Shown here: positions 60,763-64,000 of the stretch, one piece after another | Layout: every line of letters starts with the position of its first letter | How positions within the stretch are numbered: the stretch's first letter is position 1 | Origin: a bacterium | GTDB taxonomy: Bacteria; SZUA-182; DTGQ01; JAFGSM01 | Direction of reading: 5' to 3' | DNA length: 64,000 nt | NCBI GenBank assembly: GCA_049472335.1 | Contig: JBLIRO010000012.1 | Span: 1 to 64,000, forward strand | The notes under the pieces: model-generated | Database searches by the model: none | What the model was told of the DNA's origin: nothing | What the model saw: the letters and a program-made list of their open reading frames with translations, nothing else | Made by a program: the position numbers and the translations under genes

Positions 60763-61914
60763 ATGATGGGAAATACTTTCGGAAGGATATTCAGGGTCAC
60801 AACTTGCGGAGAATCTTATGGTATAGGGAAAGGTTCGGGCCTAGCTGTTATAGTTGACGGAGTGCCGCCGGGCATTAAACTCACGGATGAGATGATACAG
60901 AAGGAGATGGACAAGAGAAGGCCAGGGCAGGGTAAGCTGGACTCTCCGCGGAAGGAGACTGACCAGGTTCATATCTTTGCAGGCATGGGCCAGGACGGTG
61001 TGACTACGGGAGCACCGGTCGGGATGATCGTTTATAACGTTGATACGCAAATGATCCATATTGACCAGTATAGGGATTACAAGGATCTTATAAGACCCGG
61101 TCATGCTGAATATACCTATTTCCTTAAGTATGGTGAGGCTGCAGACTGGTGCGGCGCCGGCAGGGCATCCGGCAGGGAGACGGTAGGCAGGGTGGCCGGA
61201 GGGGCATTAGCCAAGATAATCCTGGCTCAGCATGGTATAGAGGTCCTTGCATATACTGTTGAGTGTGCCGGAGTAAAGGCCAAAAAGATGAGCTTTGAGG
61301 AGACTAAGAAGAATTACAGGATGAATGAGATCAACTGTCCTGATGCCGAGGCTGCTGAAGAGATGACAAGAAGGGTTCTGGAGGTTAAGGATGAAGGAGA
61401 TACCATGGGCGGTATCATTGAGCTGGTTATCCATAATGTGCCTGCCGGCCTGGGAGAGCCTGTCTTCGATAAATTCAATGCTATGTTGTCACATGCAATA
61501 ATGAGCATTGGCGCTACCAAGGGGATCGAGTTTGGCGCCGGATTTAAGTGCGGCAATATGAAGGGAAGCGAATTCAATGATCATCCTTACCTTGAAAATG
61601 GAAAGGTGAGGTTTAAGACGAATAATTCCGGAGGTGTTCTGGGCGGGATGACCAATGGGGAGGACATTGTTTGCAGGGTGGCAATAAAGCCGACTCCCAC
61701 TGTTTCGGTGGAGCAGCCTTCGATCAACATGAAGACAATGAAGGAAGAGACACTAAGCCCCATAACCAGGAGAGATCCCACTCTGCTCGGAAGGATATAT
61801 GCCGTTATTGAGGCAATGGCCGCGATCGCAACGCTTGATGCGTTATATCTGGATCGTGCATGGGAAGGAATGGCCGGACTGGATGATAAATGGGTTAATC
61901 TCAAGAGGAAGTAG
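60763..61914 (+). CDS. aroC: Chorismate synthase (divergent)
   Basis: GNTFG...GES, RRPGQ, RPGHA, GRASGRET, GEPVFDK, GIEFGAG, KPTPT. Confidence 0.92.
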   Translation: MMGNTFGRIFRVTTCGESYGIGKGSGLAVIVDGVPPGIKLTDEMIQKEMDKRRPGQGKLDSPRKETDQVHIFAGMGQDGVTTGAPVGMIVYNVDTQMIHIDQYRDYKDLIRPGHAEYTYFLKYGEAADWCGAGRASGRETVGRVAGGALAKIILAQHGIEVLAYTVECAGVKAKKMSFEETKKNYRMNEINCPDAEAAEEMTRRVLEVKDEGDTMGGIIELVIHNVPAGLGEPVFDKFNAMLSHAIMSIGATKGIEFGAGFKCGNMKGSEFNDHPYLENGKVRFKTNNSGGVLGGMTNGEDIVCRVAIKPTPTVSVEQPSINMKTMKEETLSPITRRDPTLLGRIYAVIEAMAAIATLDALYLDRAWEGMAGLDDKWVNLKRK

Positions 61915-61956
61915 GGGCAGAAAAGATTACAAGATGGACGGCATAGACGGATTACC

Positions 61957-62937
61957 ATGATCGATCAGCAATTACCATGCGTTATAGGTGTTGATCTGGG
62001 CGGCACCAATATACACGCAGGGGTTGTGAATATAAATAATAAGGTTTTATGCCGAAGTTTTATTTCCACCCGTGTAGAAGAGGGACCAAATCTTGTTATT
62101 CAAAGGCTTATTACCGCCATCCAGGAACTAAAGAAGAAATGTCCGCCTGGATCCTCCATTAAAGGGATTGGAATCGGGGCCGCAGGGATTATTGATATGG
62201 AAGGAGGGGCTGTCATAACCTCACCAAATTTCCCCGGCTGGCAGAATGTTCCTCTTAGGGATATCATATCCCGGGAGTTTGATATTCCGGTTATGCTTGA
62301 CAATGATGCTAATGCCGCTGCCTTTGGAGAATATTGGGCTGGGGCCGGACAGGGAAGCACCAGCATGATTGGGCTGACTTTAGGAACCGGGGTTGGAGGG
62401 GGCATTATACTGGATGGTCATTTATGGCATGGCTCTGAAGGCATGGCAGGGGAAATCGGGCACATGACGATTGTACCTGACGGACTTAAATGCCCTTGTG
62501 GGAATAATGGCTGTCTGGAGTCATACGTCTCAGCAACCGCTATTGTTAATAGAACAAAAAGCCGCATTTCTAAACATCAACAGAGTAATATTTTACGTTT
62601 GGCTAATGTAGAAGAACTTACGGAACTAACCTCTGAAAAAATATACCAGGCTGCAATTGCCGGAGATGAATTGGCTAAAGACATTCTTAATGAGACAGGA
62701 GCATATCTTGGTCTGGCTATAGGGACTCTTATCAATATTCTGGATCCTGAATTGTTTGTCATATGTGGTGGAGCAAGTAATGCCTGGGATTTTTTCTATC
62801 ATTCCATGATGGAAGAAATAAATAAAAGGACCTTGATCAAGCCGTCAGGAAGAGTAAAAGTCGTCCCTGCTGCATTAGGAGATGATGCAGGTCTGATAGG
62901 TGCCAGTGGGCTAATAGCCCAATCCCTGGGTTTTTAA
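61957..62937 (+). CDS. ROK family glucokinase
   Basis: DLGGT, DNDANAAA.GE, GTGVGGG, GEIGH, CPCGNNGCLE. Confidence 0.92.
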   Translation: MIDQQLPCVIGVDLGGTNIHAGVVNINNKVLCRSFISTRVEEGPNLVIQRLITAIQELKKKCPPGSSIKGIGIGAAGIIDMEGGAVITSPNFPGWQNVPLRDIISREFDIPVMLDNDANAAAFGEYWAGAGQGSTSMIGLTLGTGVGGGIILDGHLWHGSEGMAGEIGHMTIVPDGLKCPCGNNGCLESYVSATAIVNRTKSRISKHQQSNILRLANVEELTELTSEKIYQAAIAGDELAKDILNETGAYLGLAIGTLINILDPELFVICGGASNAWDFFYHSMMEEINKRTLIKPSGRVKVVPAALGDDAGLIGASGLIAQSLGF

Positions 62938-64000
62938 TGAATTAATTAATCCCATCAGATTTGCCGGAAATTTTTTCAAATCTGCTTCATAAATATCTTG
63001 CGTATACAGAAAGAATATGGGTACACTTTCCCCTTTTTATAAAATATATGTAATAAAGTCTTTCAGGTCTGCACCAACAGGTAATTCTGGTAACCTATAC
63101 TGGGCCTTCTCTACATCTCCCATGGCTTTTTCAAATTGTTCCTGAAGGCTATCCAGAGCGGCACTGTTAAAAAGGAATGATTCTAGATAGAGATCACCGC
63201 CCGCCGGGGCAGTGGCCTGCCGGAGGCATGAACCAAAGGAGAGCTACCATAGGGCAGGCGCTAAAATGACTTGAAAGTACCGAATGGATGAACAGAATTG
63301 AATACAGAGGGTGAACTTAACATGTAGTAATGTAGGTACATTCCGCGGCCGGACAAACCGTCCGTGGTCGCTAGCAAGGACAGTCATGAGCCCATGTCCC
63401 ATGACCGGATATGAATCCAATGCAAACATTGCAGATATCAGGCACCGAACCAAACACAAAGATTTGGTAAAGGTATTGTACATATTATCACCGAATGTCA
63501 AATTAATAATACGAATATAATTTCGAATTATGAGGGAAATTATTCGATAATTTTCGTCTATTAAGATGTACGCACAGAAATAATTATTTAGGGGGATCTT
63601 TTAGCTTTTCTACACAGATCGCGAAGTACGATCAGGAGGTGACAATCTAACAGCAACCCATAAGACCATAGGTGGCGTCACCGGCCTAGGAATCTCCTAG
63701 AGATATATCGATCAGATATGAAGCCAGCGACTGGAAAGCGCCAGTAGCACTAATGACCCCCGTATAATCCGCACCATTAACGTAAGTGATAGATGTAAGT
63801 ACCAGCCATAGTAATACTGTGAGGAATGGGGCTTATAGGTTTGAAGCGAACGTTAAATCATCGCTGAAATAAAGGAGGTGAGACTAAGATGAAAACCAGG
63901 ACATGCGTTACGGCGGGAGGATATATAACCACCAACGCTTCGGGAGTATATCACTGGATAGATTGATGCAGGGAAACTGGCCTATTATGCACAATATTTA

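Noticed and set aside
63244..63520. 85-aa and 69-aa ORFs, and possible TAG readthrough into the downstream tail
   Set aside because: No recognisable motifs, atypical composition, no support for recoding

Overview
Bacterial chromosomal window, probably from a Desulfobacterota-like or candidate-phylum organism (inferred from gene content). The housekeeping backbone holds rpmB, relA/spoT, recJ, pyrKD, scpA, a CCA-adding enzyme, HU, gatAB, pilBTC-pilSR, uvrB, aroDE-aroA-aroC and a ROK kinase. Main discovery: a complete diversity-generating retroelement (DGR). It has an RT (46530-47543), an HRDC accessory gene and a template repeat (TR, 47524-47647). The TR differs from the variable repeat (VR, 45837-45960) at 21 of 124 positions, every one a TR adenine. 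The DGR sits inside a Pepco / vWA-FGE / CHAT-iSTAND / MoxR conflict-type locus and targets its FGE (C-type-lectin-fold) domain. A second island (24.1-28.3 kb) carries a frameshifted DUF4062-NACHT-FGE gene whose adenine-depleted end looks like the VR of a different, remote TR. That island also has a frameshifted higBA pair, a diverged copy of the pilR 3' end and bracketing inverted repeats. Six putatively secreted Gly/Tyr/Met/Pro-rich low-complexity proteins are scattered across the window, two of them behind sigma-54-type promoters. All family assignments come from motif recognition by eye; no database searches were run.
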